From: a virus
Lineage: Duplodnaviria > Caudoviricetes
DNA length: 64,000 bases
Virus record (IMG/VR): IMGVR_UViG_3300006789_000019
Location: 1,461-65,460 of that record
Reading direction: 5' to 3' (one strand)
Positions 27,584 to 36,839 of this stretch are shown here, in pieces. The notes beneath the pieces were generated by a model. That model was given only the letters and a program-made list of their open reading frames with translations. It made no database searches and had not been told where the DNA came from. The position numbers were made by a program, and so were the translations under genes. Positions within the stretch are counted from its first letter, which is position 1; each line of letters opens with the position of its first letter.

Positions 27584-28290
27584 TCTAAGAATGCCGTGTC
27601 AAATGTTTTCTTGAGCCATTGCCAATCATTGATTTTGCGCAACGAATCTGTGTCGTTTTTATAGTACGTTCCAAATTCTTTACCTTGTTGAGCTCCTAGT
27701 ACTGCATATTCACCATAGCGTCTGTTTTCTCCACGTGTACACCATACTTCCAATCTGTATATATCGTCGATCTGAATGTTGTTATCAATGATATTACTTG
27801 ATAATTTAGTACATTCACGAAATGCACTTCGCCATGCATTAAATGGGTCTGTGTTAAATGCAGTAGTGTTTGCAATCTCAAATTTAGACACAAATGGTGC
27901 GCCTATGCTTGTGGTCATATCTACTTTAAATTCTTTAGTTGCAAGCAAGTTCCTTTTAGGAAATAGTTTAAGTCCACCATACCCATATATAAGATCGTTA
28001 ACAGGGTTATAACTACGGTAAGTAAATACACATTCTGTTTCAGAAACACCAGGGTATGCTTCTCGCCTGGCGGTTGGTTCAAATTTAAATTGAAAGTTTT
28101 CTTGTATGATTGCATCAGCATCACAGACATAAAAGTAATCTGTAGTTGATTCTTCTGCCGCGGCTTGATGAGCTTCCAATAGACCAGCTACATTATCAAT
28201 ACGTTTAGCATTTGGGGCGGCTTGCTGAAGTAATCTAAAATTTACATCAGCGTCGGGCTCACCATATGTAAGCATAAAGACGTCTAACAT
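27580..28290 (-). CDS. GT-A fold (GT2-like) glycosyltransferase; paralogue of 53475..54455
   Basis: DADA (DxD), YGYGGLKLFP, AWRSAFRE. Confidence 0.75.
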   Translation of the reverse strand: MLDVFMLTYGEPDADVNFRLLQQAAPNAKRIDNVAGLLEAHQAAAEESTTDYFYVCDADAIIQENFQFKFEPTARREAYPGVSETECVFTYRSYNPVNDLIYGYGGLKLFPKRNLLATKEFKVDMTTSIGAPFVSKFEIANTTAFNTDPFNAWRSAFRECTKLSSNIIDNNIQIDDIYRLEVWCTRGENRRYGEYAVLGAQQGKEFGTYYKNDTDSLRKINDWQWLKKTFDTAFLE

Positions 28291-28325
28291 TGTTATTTTT
28301 TCTCCGGATAATTGATTACATAATA

Positions 28326-28366
28326 TATTTATATTATATTATAACTTATTATATATTCAAAGTCAA
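28326..28366 (-). promoter_or_regulatory. tandem sigma70 promoter (TTGACT-N17-TATAAT, 28338-28366) and late motif TATAAATA (28326-28333)
   Basis: Both read upstream of 28290. Confidence 0.7.
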
Positions 28367-28394
28367 CAATAAATCTCCAACCATTTACTATTAG

Positions 28395-29075
28395 TTATTT
28401 ATTACTTACTGAGTTTGCTTTTATGATACCAACCACTTCATCGCTAGCTAATATTTCATAATGGTTTGCGTTGACTTCAACGTCGTTGACGCCAGCTCTG
28501 TGTTGTTGCGATCTAACTGTGACTATACCATCATTTGGTTTAGGCATCCATGGTGAATTCCCACTGACTGAAACTATCTGTGTCCATGGTATATTAACTT
28601 CAACTTTTTGTGCATCAATGATGGGCTTGCTGCGGCGCCCTACTTCACGAAATAGCAATGTATGTGGTGACAAATATTTTAAATAATCAGCGGTGCCGCT
28701 GCCATTAAATGGGGTTGATATCGTAATGCTAGAGCTAAATTTTTGTGGATAGCGATTGTATAAATGTAATGCATAAATCCCGCCTAGACTATGACTTACA
28801 AATGCTGATTTGTCAGGTATAGTCCACATTACATCAGCCATGCCATCTAAATTTTCGTAAAAAGTCGAATTTGAATCATATTCAATACATATAAATTGAT
28901 CTTGACTAAGTTGCAGCTTGGTTATTATATAATTCCAAGACCTGTGCGTTTGATTTGCTCCATGCAAAAAAACATAAAATGGACTATTTTTATCTTCTTT
29001 ATTTGTATCTACTAATTTTCGTGGTGTTAATAAATTTTTTAAAGTTTTTATATTATTAATCATACCATCAAACAT
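28395..29075 (-). CDS. alpha/beta hydrolase (lipase/esterase-like)
   Basis: FLHG, SHSLGG nucleophile elbow, TPF.G, NDGIV, NH. Confidence 0.85.
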   Translation of the reverse strand: MFDGMINNIKTLKNLLTPRKLVDTNKEDKNSPFYVFLHGANQTHRSWNYIITKLQLSQDQFICIEYDSNSTFYENLDGMADVMWTIPDKSAFVSHSLGGIYALHLYNRYPQKFSSSITISTPFNGSGTADYLKYLSPHTLLFREVGRRSKPIIDAQKVEVNIPWTQIVSVSGNSPWMPKPNDGIVTVRSQQHRAGVNDVEVNANHYEILASDEVVGIIKANSVSNK

Positions 29076-29105
29076 AATAATTATTACTCTCCCATGTAAT
29101 AGTAT

Positions 29106-29741
29106 TTATGATTTACTACTGGCTTTGATGATGTCAGAATCTAACCAGTTTTCAGAGATTGATGAGATATATTTTTCATTTGCATCCTTGGCTAATATTT
29201 GTTGCAGCATGCAATCATCTTGCGTACATTGATAATTGTATATACCTAATTGTGCTTCAATATAATTTAAATATGTTAGTCCATATAAGTATAACATTTC
29301 TTGACTCGCAAATGTAATTTTATATAGCTCTATCAATGATGGCAAACTTTCAAGGAAAGTAGAGATAGTTGACTTACTACGCACTCGCTCTTGTTGGTGC
29401 TTTAATATAGTTTGATCTCTCCCAAGTATTAATAATTGTACATCAGCATATCTGCTGGCTTCTTTTATAAATCCATGATATTTTGGAATGCTTTCAATAC
29501 CGTCATCAAAATACGGACAACTAATACTTGTTACAAAATGGTCGCTTTGGGTCCAATCAAATTCACCAAGGGATTTCGTGTCTTTCCAATATTTTGCAAA
29601 CGGTTCTTTATCATGACCGATCCAATATTCATTTTGCAATGCAGGCCAGCAATATATATTAGGATTTTGACCCAATGCTTTACTAAACAAATGGTTGCCT
29701 GCGCCTTGGGGGCCTGTCATTATTGTCAATAACGGCTTCAA
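29106..29741 (-). CDS. P-loop (sulfotransferase/kinase-like) protein
   Basis: TGPQGAGNH near the N-terminus. Confidence 0.6.
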   Translation of the reverse strand: MKPLLTIMTGPQGAGNHLFSKALGQNPNIYCWPALQNEYWIGHDKEPFAKYWKDTKSLGEFDWTQSDHFVTSISCPYFDDGIESIPKYHGFIKEASRYADVQLLILGRDQTILKHQQERVRSKSTISTFLESLPSLIELYKITFASQEMLYLYGLTYLNYIEAQLGIYNYQCTQDDCMLQQILAKDANEKYISSISENWLDSDIIKASSKS

Positions 29742-29770
29742 TAGTTACTCCATGTATTTTCGAATTTAGA

Positions 29771-30499
29771 TTATACTTTAAATACGTTATGTTTTCCAGG
29801 ATTTGCTAATAATTCACGAGTCTTATCTGACTTTAGTCCAGTTATAACTAATGCTGGTCGGGGATGATTACTTGCATTTGCTGTTGCATGTGGCACATTA
29901 GGCCAATCAAAAGTTACAACTTCGCCTGCAGACCATTCATGAAATAAGTTTCCATACATAAGAAATTGGCCTGGATGCCAATCATCAAGAAATATAATAA
30001 ACCGAGCGACTCGTTCAGGATCTTCAGGGCATTGATCCCACAACTTATCAATATGCATGTTAAACATTTGACCTGTATATTGCATATGGCCACGTGCTTT
30101 AAATTCATCATCACCACCTTCTAATCCAAGGAAGTCAATCATTTTGGTTAGTTGTGGATAATCACTAAAGTCTGTAACTTTGTTGCATAGTTGTAATTTT
30201 TTAGGATCGCCACCACCTTTAATGATATCATATTCTTCCTGTTCTAGCATTGGCGAAATATCGTCGCTTCCTGCATAAAACTGTCGTGTTTCCCAGTTTA
30301 TAGGAGTACTTTCTTTTTTAAATTTTTCTAAGTCATCATGCCAGTCACCATCAAACGTACCAATGATGTCAAACCAATCGCCGACTTCGTCCTTCTTATC
30401 TGTGAAATGGTATTCACTATGATCTACACACCAATCCCAGTTGCTTTTATAATCTTCAGCTGGTAAATGCGGTTTTTTCCAATTAGTGTTGTTTTTCAT
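29771..30499 (-). CDS. Fe(II)/2-oxoglutarate oxygenase-like cupin
   Basis: HID...H facial triad (MHIDK; PHATAN...R). Confidence 0.75.
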   Translation of the reverse strand: MKNNTNWKKPHLPAEDYKSNWDWCVDHSEYHFTDKKDEVGDWFDIIGTFDGDWHDDLEKFKKESTPINWETRQFYAGSDDISPMLEQEEYDIIKGGGDPKKLQLCNKVTDFSDYPQLTKMIDFLGLEGGDDEFKARGHMQYTGQMFNMHIDKLWDQCPEDPERVARFIIFLDDWHPGQFLMYGNLFHEWSAGEVVTFDWPNVPHATANASNHPRPALVITGLKSDKTRELLANPGKHNVFKV

Positions 30500-30812
30500 C
30501 TTTTATTATTTTCTCCAATTTTAGGTATTCTACACGTGTATTTGATATATATCGCCACAATGTCAATTGGTCTCGTTTAATTTCAAATATTGTTTCTCTG
30601 ATACCTATACTAATAATCGTAGCTTCTTCACCATCTAGGTATACTACGTCGCCTGGATTAAATCCTGGCTTAAGCCAAAAGGAAATTCCTTTTGATATGT
30701 TAGATGCATAGTCTTTGAAAATCATGACGCCTACTGCACTGCATAATATAACTGCCCACGGCGTCAACCAATTGGTTGCTGATTCTACATTTGAAATTAC
30801 AAGTTCTTCCAT
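30483..30812 (-). CDS. short MscS-like membrane protein
   Basis: One TM helix then F.PGD.V.L.G....I..IG.RET. Confidence 0.65.
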   Translation of the reverse strand: MEELVISNVESATNWLTPWAVILCSAVGVMIFKDYASNISKGISFWLKPGFNPGDVVYLDGEEATIISIGIRETIFEIKRDQLTLWRYISNTRVEYLKLEKIIKDEKQH

Positions 30813-30859
30813 AATAATACTCCTACTTATAGTACTATTTATTAGAAAATCATGTTTTC

Positions 30860-32368
30860 TTATGTATAATCAATTCCCCTGTCTTTTCTTACTAAGCTAT
30901 TAACAAATATAGCAATACTGACAATAATTGCCAATATAAACAATGGATGATTGGTAATACTAAACAAATCAAACCATCTAAAATCTGACATTGATGATAA
31001 TCCTGGTTTCCATTGTTTGTATCCGTACAATTGTAATGTACCCCAAAAGTATTCATCTATTTTAAATGCCACTACATATGCAACAAGAATTGCTGGGCGG
31101 CTGACATTATAATGTTTTAATATAACACCGATTGCACTAAGAATCCCTAGCAATGCTAAATCTTCCCATCCGCCAGTATATTGCATATTGGCATATATAA
31201 TAACTGCGATAATGAATGTTGCATATATCCAATATGGTACTTCAAGTATCTTGATAATCCATTTGTATAAGAAAATACTAAGCATTGCAACACCAATGGT
31301 ACCAAAAATATAACCAAATGCTAAACTATTAACAAAATCGCTATCTTGCAATAAGCTAGGCTGTCCAATTTCCATACCAAAATACATACAAATAGCCATT
31401 ACCATTGCTGCGAACGGTGCTGCTGGAATACCAAACAAACATGCTGGAATCATACTTGAAACTTTTTGTGCATTATTTGCACCTTCGCAACCAAGTAGTC
31501 CAACTGGATTACCTTCACCAAATGGCACTTCTTGATCTTTTCCTTTATGCGCTGCTTTTGTTGCACCATAGGCAAGGAAGTCTCCAACTGCTCCGCCTAC
31601 ACCTGGTAATAGTCCAGTAACAAAGCCAATGAATCCGCCTCTAACCATGTCAAACCAATTAAGCCTGACATCATTAAAACCTTGAAATAATTGACTCCAA
31701 TAATGTTCTGATGTTGGTGGTGCTGCTGATTTTGCGCCGCGGCGGAAGCCTGCAACCAATTCTGGAATACCAAACAATCCAGACAGTAATACAACCATGC
31801 CTACACCATTTTCTAAATATTCCCAACCGAATGCAAAACGTGGGTTACCCACAACATCTTGACCAATTAGTCCAATAAATAATCCAAATATAATTGCACA
31901 AATGCTCAAGAATACATTTTTACTTGCGACAAAGCCTACACAGGCCAATGCCATCATCATAAATCCTAAAAATTCTGGTCTACCAAACAACACGATTATT
32001 TTTCCATAAAATGGCAATAATGCAAATGCAACTACTGCATATAATACACCATTAAATGTTGAATCTGCAATAGCAATGCCCATTGCGCGAGCTGCTTGTC
32101 CTTTTTGTGCCATAGGATAACCGTCAATAACACATGCTGCTGTGGTACTTGCTCCCGGTATACCAGTTAAGATACTAGTATAACTATCTGCGCTGGCACA
32201 ACTTGCTACAATTGCAGTCAGAAAGACCAACCCCAAATAGGGGTCGGCCATAAAGTAAGTGCCCATGCTAAAGACAGTTATCAGGGCGGTAGTCACACCA
32301 GCAATTGGTATAATGCCTACCAACATACCGTATGCGGTACCTATTAATGCCCAGATAACATATTCCAT
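30860..32368 (-). CDS. tctA: tripartite tricarboxylate transporter permease TctA
   Basis: G.IP..G, SIL.GIPG.......DGYPMAQKG.A..A, GLLPGVG, EGANNA, FGIP; many TM helices. Confidence 0.92.
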   Translation of the reverse strand: MEYVIWALIGTAYGMLVGIIPIAGVTTALITVFSMGTYFMADPYLGLVFLTAIVASCASADSYTSILTGIPGASTTAACVIDGYPMAQKGQAARAMGIAIADSTFNGVLYAVVAFALLPFYGKIIVLFGRPEFLGFMMMALACVGFVASKNVFLSICAIIFGLFIGLIGQDVVGNPRFAFGWEYLENGVGMVVLLSGLFGIPELVAGFRRGAKSAAPPTSEHYWSQLFQGFNDVRLNWFDMVRGGFIGFVTGLLPGVGGAVGDFLAYGATKAAHKGKDQEVPFGEGNPVGLLGCEGANNAQKVSSMIPACLFGIPAAPFAAMVMAICMYFGMEIGQPSLLQDSDFVNSLAFGYIFGTIGVAMLSIFLYKWIIKILEVPYWIYATFIIAVIIYANMQYTGGWEDLALLGILSAIGVILKHYNVSRPAILVAYVVAFKIDEYFWGTLQLYGYKQWKPGLSSMSDFRWFDLFSITNHPLFILAIIVSIAIFVNSLVRKDRGIDYT

Positions 32369-32378
32369 AATCTATGCC

Positions 32379-33434
32379 TTAATCTAGAAGTTCTGGTTTA
32401 TACACGGACGGGAAACCATATGCTTCTTGGTTCCAACGTACTGCATCCCTTAGGGCTTTCTCTGTAATCAATGATTTTAGGATGGCCAATAGTGCTGGGC
32501 CATCTTGAATCCAAGGATACTCGCCAGTTTTTGCATAAATTTCTGCAGATGCAACTGGATCGTTAATCATTGCAGTAAGTGCTGCACGAACTTTTTCTAC
32601 ATTTGGATTACCTTTGTTCATCCAAAGTGATTTTTGGATTGCATCACGCCAGTTACGAGTCAACATATATGCATTATATAGGTCACCATGTGGACGTTCA
32701 CCCCATAGTTCCTCGTACAAATCTTCGAACTGGGTGCCTGGGAAGTTTGGATCTGCCATTTGTTTTTTGTTTACCAAATCCAAGATACCGTGTGTGAACC
32801 ATAGTTCATTGCCTTTGATACTTGAATAGAAGCGTTTCCACGCCGCTGGTGATTCACGTGCTACATCGAATTCACCATTTTGGAACCCTAGACGCTTTTC
32901 ACCGCCTGATACACCGTTGACCCAAGTTACACGCTCGCGCCAACATGCTAGGTATTCATCAATAGTGTTGTTGCCTTGTGGGCCACATAGCAACATTGCA
33001 ACTGCTGCTGCATCTGGTTCAAAACCTGATCCGCCTGCAATAGTCCAGTTACCTGATTTCTCATCAGCACCAGCATGTTTGCCAAGAACGATGTCGTTGT
33101 TCATTGAACCAATTAGTTCATAATCAAAGTAGTCGTAATCTACATCGTCTAGTAGGTATGATACACCGTTACCACCGTGTGCTACCATGATTGTCTTATC
33201 ATCAAAGCGTAGTGAGTTGTGGAACTTGTTAAAGCCTGGAATATCACGTGCGCCTGGAATGTGACGAACAACTACTGGTTCACCTAAGAACTTTTCTAAG
33301 TTTTTAGCAATAATTTCACTCCAAACCGAAGTGCCTTTGCCTGGTGCCTGTGGCACAATAAGTGTATAATCAGCCATTGCCGATGAAGCAATAACCATAG
33401 ATGCGACTGCACCTAAAATAAAACGTTTAATCAT
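32379..33434 (-). CDS. tctC: TctC/Bug-family periplasmic substrate-binding protein
   Basis: Signal peptide; LIVPQAPGKGT, LGEPVVV..IPGA; adjacent to tctA. Confidence 0.85.
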   Translation of the reverse strand: MIKRFILGAVASMVIASSAMADYTLIVPQAPGKGTSVWSEIIAKNLEKFLGEPVVVRHIPGARDIPGFNKFHNSLRFDDKTIMVAHGGNGVSYLLDDVDYDYFDYELIGSMNNDIVLGKHAGADEKSGNWTIAGGSGFEPDAAAVAMLLCGPQGNNTIDEYLACWRERVTWVNGVSGGEKRLGFQNGEFDVARESPAAWKRFYSSIKGNELWFTHGILDLVNKKQMADPNFPGTQFEDLYEELWGERPHGDLYNAYMLTRNWRDAIQKSLWMNKGNPNVEKVRAALTAMINDPVASAEIYAKTGEYPWIQDGPALLAILKSLITEKALRDAVRWNQEAYGFPSVYKPELLD

Positions 33435-33513
33435 CTTAAATTTCTCCTATGTTTGTTAAGATTTTTTAATCAGTGAAAAACTTTTAATGTAATTTTTTGT
33501 TTTTTGATTAGTT

Positions 33514-33576
33514 TAAGGGATAAAGCGACTCCGCGTAGGGTGTCACCTGTCAGGTGGGACACAACTCTGTGTCTAT
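33514..33576 (-). ncRNA. candidate structured cis-regulatory leader upstream of tctC
   Basis: GC-rich island with hairpins GACACA-GAGU-UGUGUC, CACCU-GAC-AGGUG and GCG-GAGU-CGC, plus an alternative GUGUC/GACAC pairing. Confidence 0.45.
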
Positions 33577-33585
33577 GTATTACTT

Positions 33586-34266
33586 CTATTTATGCTTTTT
33601 AAGAACAAAGTAATATCGATCTCCGACATCTTGCCGTAGCATAACTAATTCACAACCCAAGATAATAGCAACATTACTAATGAACACTGGGTCCCAATCA
33701 TAAAATTTGATCCATCGTGCTGCTGGTTTATCATGTTGTACACCAGGGTTGACACGGAAATATAAAACGCCGCCTGGCTTGATCATATTTACCGCTTTTA
33801 ACAATTCAGCAATAATTTTGTCACTACTGCCGAAATTAATACTGCCCAAACAAATCGCAACATCAAATTGATGTTCAGCATTATATGTCAAAACACTTGC
33901 TTTAACATCTGCTCTATCATTATATGGGTCGATACCTATCAAATTCTGTATTTTGCCTTTGAACTCATTATATCCACAACCGATATCAATAACGGCTGCC
34001 GGGTTCATACTATTGACTTCATCAATAATAGCAAGACCACTATACTTGTACTTCTTTGTCTCTGGTTGCCAAACTTTACTAAAATAATTAGCAAGTGTTA
34101 AATTATCAATTATATCACACAATTTATAAATATCAGTTGACTCAACTGATGGCAATATTACGCCAAACACTCCATTAATTACTTGGCATAGCGCATTTTT
34201 ATTTTTTAATAGTCCTGGATTGTGTTTAAACAATCGGTCTAATTCATTTAAAATTTTTAAATTCAT
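33586..34266 (-). CDS. class I SAM-dependent methyltransferase
   Basis: VIDIGCG, GIDP, FDVAICLGSINF, KPGG. Confidence 0.85.
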   Translation of the reverse strand: MNLKILNELDRLFKHNPGLLKNKNALCQVINGVFGVILPSVESTDIYKLCDIIDNLTLANYFSKVWQPETKKYKYSGLAIIDEVNSMNPAAVIDIGCGYNEFKGKIQNLIGIDPYNDRADVKASVLTYNAEHQFDVAICLGSINFGSSDKIIAELLKAVNMIKPGGVLYFRVNPGVQHDKPAARWIKFYDWDPVFISNVAIILGCELVMLRQDVGDRYYFVLKKHK

Positions 34267-34267
34267 T

Positions 34268-34495
34268 TTATTGCCAACTCAATGCAAAGAGAAACGCTTC
34301 CTCTTCATTTAATTTTTCAATGACCGTACCATTACGCTGCGTAATGTTATTATTAATACAATACTTATCCAATTTGTCTAGATTATTTCCTGTTGTCCAG
34401 TAACTATAGTCAGTAAGTATAACACAAAAATAAGGTTTGCGCAAGGTTTTATTTACTACTTGTTCAATAATAAATCGTTCTGACATGTTATTCAT
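34268..34495 (-). CDS. hypothetical protein
   Basis: Coupled ORF; C-terminal EEEAFLFALSW. Confidence 0.65.
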   Translation of the reverse strand: MNNMSERFIIEQVVNKTLRKPYFCVILTDYSYWTTGNNLDKLDKYCINNNITQRNGTVIEKLNEEEAFLFALSWQ

Positions 34496-34601
34496 ATATA
34501 AATGGGTCTTGGTCTTTTAGTTTTTTTAATTTTTCAGCTATCTTTTTTTTACGTTCTTTATTTTCTTTCCACTTTTTATACCATTTGAAAGGGTTAAACA
34601 T
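34488..34601 (-). CDS. small basic hypothetical protein (start revised to MFNPF)
   Basis: Lys-rich, ends KDQDPFIYE; overlaps the upstream stop. Confidence 0.6.
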   Translation of the reverse strand: MFNPFKWYKKWKENKERKKKIAEKLKKLKDQDPFIYE

Positions 34602-34827
34602 TATTTGGGTACTCCTCTGCATAATGCAATTTTTCTTCATTGATATATCCCAATACATAATCATGCATTGTTGCGATATATCTGCCTTCTCTCCATACTT
34701 CTTCTGCCTTGCCTGCCTTCCGAGCATCTTTTATATGATCGAACACACCAAGTACATAGCGGTGTGGTTCATGATTGGGTATTAGTTGAGTAGATTGTTC
34801 TTCCATTTGAACTATATATACTATCAT
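34594..34827 (-). CDS. hypothetical protein
   Basis: ATGA overlap with the carbamoyltransferase stop. Confidence 0.7.
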   Translation of the reverse strand: MIVYIVQMEEQSTQLIPNHEPHRYVLGVFDHIKDARKAGKAEEVWREGRYIATMHDYVLGYINEEKLHYAEEYPNNV

Positions 34828-36335
34828 TTTAGGTCCCTTGTGACTACTTTAACTTTATATTTTGTCGTCCATCTTTCTGCATCTGCTTCAGTGTCCACCA
34901 TTGGTTCACCTTTAATGTTTAAGGATGTATTTAATAGCATTGGGCACCCGGTTTTATTTTTCCATTTCTGCAATAGATTATACAATCCAGGATGCTCTTG
35001 TTGCGTTACAGTCTGTATGCGACTAGTCCCATCTAAGTGGGTTATTGCTGGATATAAATCTGGCCGTTTTGTTCGACCCACGAACTGCATGTATGGGCTA
35101 TGGCTACATCGTTCATGTGGCATATCGAAATATTCATGCACATGCTCTGCCATTATTACTGGAGCGAAGGGTCTGAACTCCTGTCTACGCTTCACAGTGT
35201 TAACAAGGTCCTTCATTTCCTGTCCTCTTGGGTCCGCTAGTAAACTCCTATTACCCAGTGCTCGTGGTCCAAATTCTGCTCGACCATTTGCTATACCTAC
35301 CATACCAACTGTTGATATCTCGTCCAATGCTGCTTGAACTGGATAATCTCCCGTAATATTATATCCTAAGTAAGGTGTAGCGTATTCAATAAATTCTTTT
35401 GTTTCATCCAATACACAACCAACACTACTTCCAGCATCGCCTGGATTAGGCATAATCCAAACATTCTCAAAATATTTATATGCGATGCTATTAGCTACAC
35501 AATTCAATGCGCAGCCGCCCATCAATACAATGTTTTTACTTGGTACCAATTTGGCAGTTTGTTTTACTAGATGCTCAAATACATATTCATATACTGCTTG
35601 TACGCTTGCCGCAATATCAGCATAGTCCTGTACTGTGTTAAGTTCTGGAGCCCACCACTGACATCCGCGATGCAAGTTATGCTTAAACTGAATGCGTGGG
35701 CTATCTGGTTCCATTGGATAAAAGAATTCATTAAAAATTCGTTTCTTGTATTTATCCGGATCGCCAATGGCGGCCCAGCCCATTAAAATATATTCATCTT
35801 CATTTGGCTTTAGTCCAATTCGCTGTGTCATTGCACTATACCATAATCCAACACTGTTAGGATAGTTTTGTGAAAATGTTTTCTTTAATTTTTTATCTTT
35901 GCCATTCCATATAGTTAGTGTTTCAAATTCACCAATGCTATCAACCACTAATACGGCTGCATCACGGAATGGACTTGTATAATAACCGGCTGCTGCATGA
36001 CTTGCATGATGCCGATGATTAATATATTTAATTGGTTCTAGCGTTCCTGTTAAGAAAATCTCACCTAATGCAGATTGCATTGATGGTTTTGTAAATGCTG
36101 TTTTATATTGGCCACTGTAAAGCATACGCAACCGTTTTAACCACAGTGTTTCATACCAGTGTACTTGTGATGGTTGTCCGTATTCAAGTGCCTGGCTTAT
36201 TAATGTGCTATTCAACTGCTTGTCATTTTTAATACCACTACTACGCTCAGCGTGAGCAGCAAATTTTAGATCATTATTATCAAAAACAGCTATGGCAGCG
36301 TCATGAGCGTTTGCTGTTATTCCCCATTGTATCAT
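34824..36335 (-). CDS. O-carbamoyltransferase (NodU/CmcH/TobZ family)
   Basis: HDAA, ER, HH.SHAA, VDSIGE, EFGPRALGNRS, FRPFAP, DGTSRIQTV, LLNTSLN..GEP. Confidence 0.95.
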   Translation of the reverse strand: MIQWGITANAHDAAIAVFDNNDLKFAAHAERSSGIKNDKQLNSTLISQALEYGQPSQVHWYETLWLKRLRMLYSGQYKTAFTKPSMQSALGEIFLTGTLEPIKYINHRHHASHAAAGYYTSPFRDAAVLVVDSIGEFETLTIWNGKDKKLKKTFSQNYPNSVGLWYSAMTQRIGLKPNEDEYILMGWAAIGDPDKYKKRIFNEFFYPMEPDSPRIQFKHNLHRGCQWWAPELNTVQDYADIAASVQAVYEYVFEHLVKQTAKLVPSKNIVLMGGCALNCVANSIAYKYFENVWIMPNPGDAGSSVGCVLDETKEFIEYATPYLGYNITGDYPVQAALDEISTVGMVGIANGRAEFGPRALGNRSLLADPRGQEMKDLVNTVKRRQEFRPFAPVIMAEHVHEYFDMPHERCSHSPYMQFVGRTKRPDLYPAITHLDGTSRIQTVTQQEHPGLYNLLQKWKNKTGCPMLLNTSLNIKGEPMVDTEADAERWTTKYKVKVVTRDLK

Positions 36336-36353
36336 ATATTATCCTATCCTATC

Positions 36354-36815
36354 CTATTCAGTGTTTAATATACTATTCCATTGAACTGATTTATAATCAT
36401 CACCACAGACTCCAAAAATATTTTCACTAAGAGCGGGCATTTCATATCCCATTAGATCAAGCCATATAGCTTTTTTATGATCTGGATATATTCCAGGATG
36501 GCACCACATAAATCCACGGCTAGTTAATGTTAACTGGTCTGACTCATGCCAAAAACAATGAAATCCACTTGTAACTAATAATTGCATAGTTTCTATAGTC
36601 TTAGCATGACAAAACACATATGGTTTAGTCAAAAATTCGTAGTCTACAGTCTCTTGTGGTTCATCATGACCATAGTATAACACATCATTATAAATTTGTA
36701 AATCACATTCTACACCAAAGCCGCGACTATATGCATCTCTGAGATAATCAGATGTATTTTCATAATCTGGTTCTGGTCCATGCATATTACCTCTATGTGC
36801 TATAAAAACTGGCAT
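36354..36815 (-). CDS. glycerophosphodiester phosphodiesterase-like protein
   Basis: IAHRGN, ENT, VECD, GHD. Confidence 0.8.
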   Translation of the reverse strand: MPVFIAHRGNMHGPEPDYENTSDYLRDAYSRGFGVECDLQIYNDVLYYGHDEPQETVDYEFLTKPYVFCHAKTIETMQLLVTSGFHCFWHESDQLTLTSRGFMWCHPGIYPDHKKAIWLDLMGYEMPALSENIFGVCGDDYKSVQWNSILNTE

Positions 36816-36839
36816 TAATTGATTGTCTCCATTATGTTA

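Noticed and set aside
33514-33576. Known riboswitch (preQ1-I, TPP, SAM-II/V) in the tctC leader
   Set aside because: The preQ1-like UCGC...CCC...AAAC lacks a proper P1 stem, the TPP-like GCGTAGGG is on the wrong strand with no CUGAGA, and no SAM consensus is visible. Kept only as an unclassified candidate.
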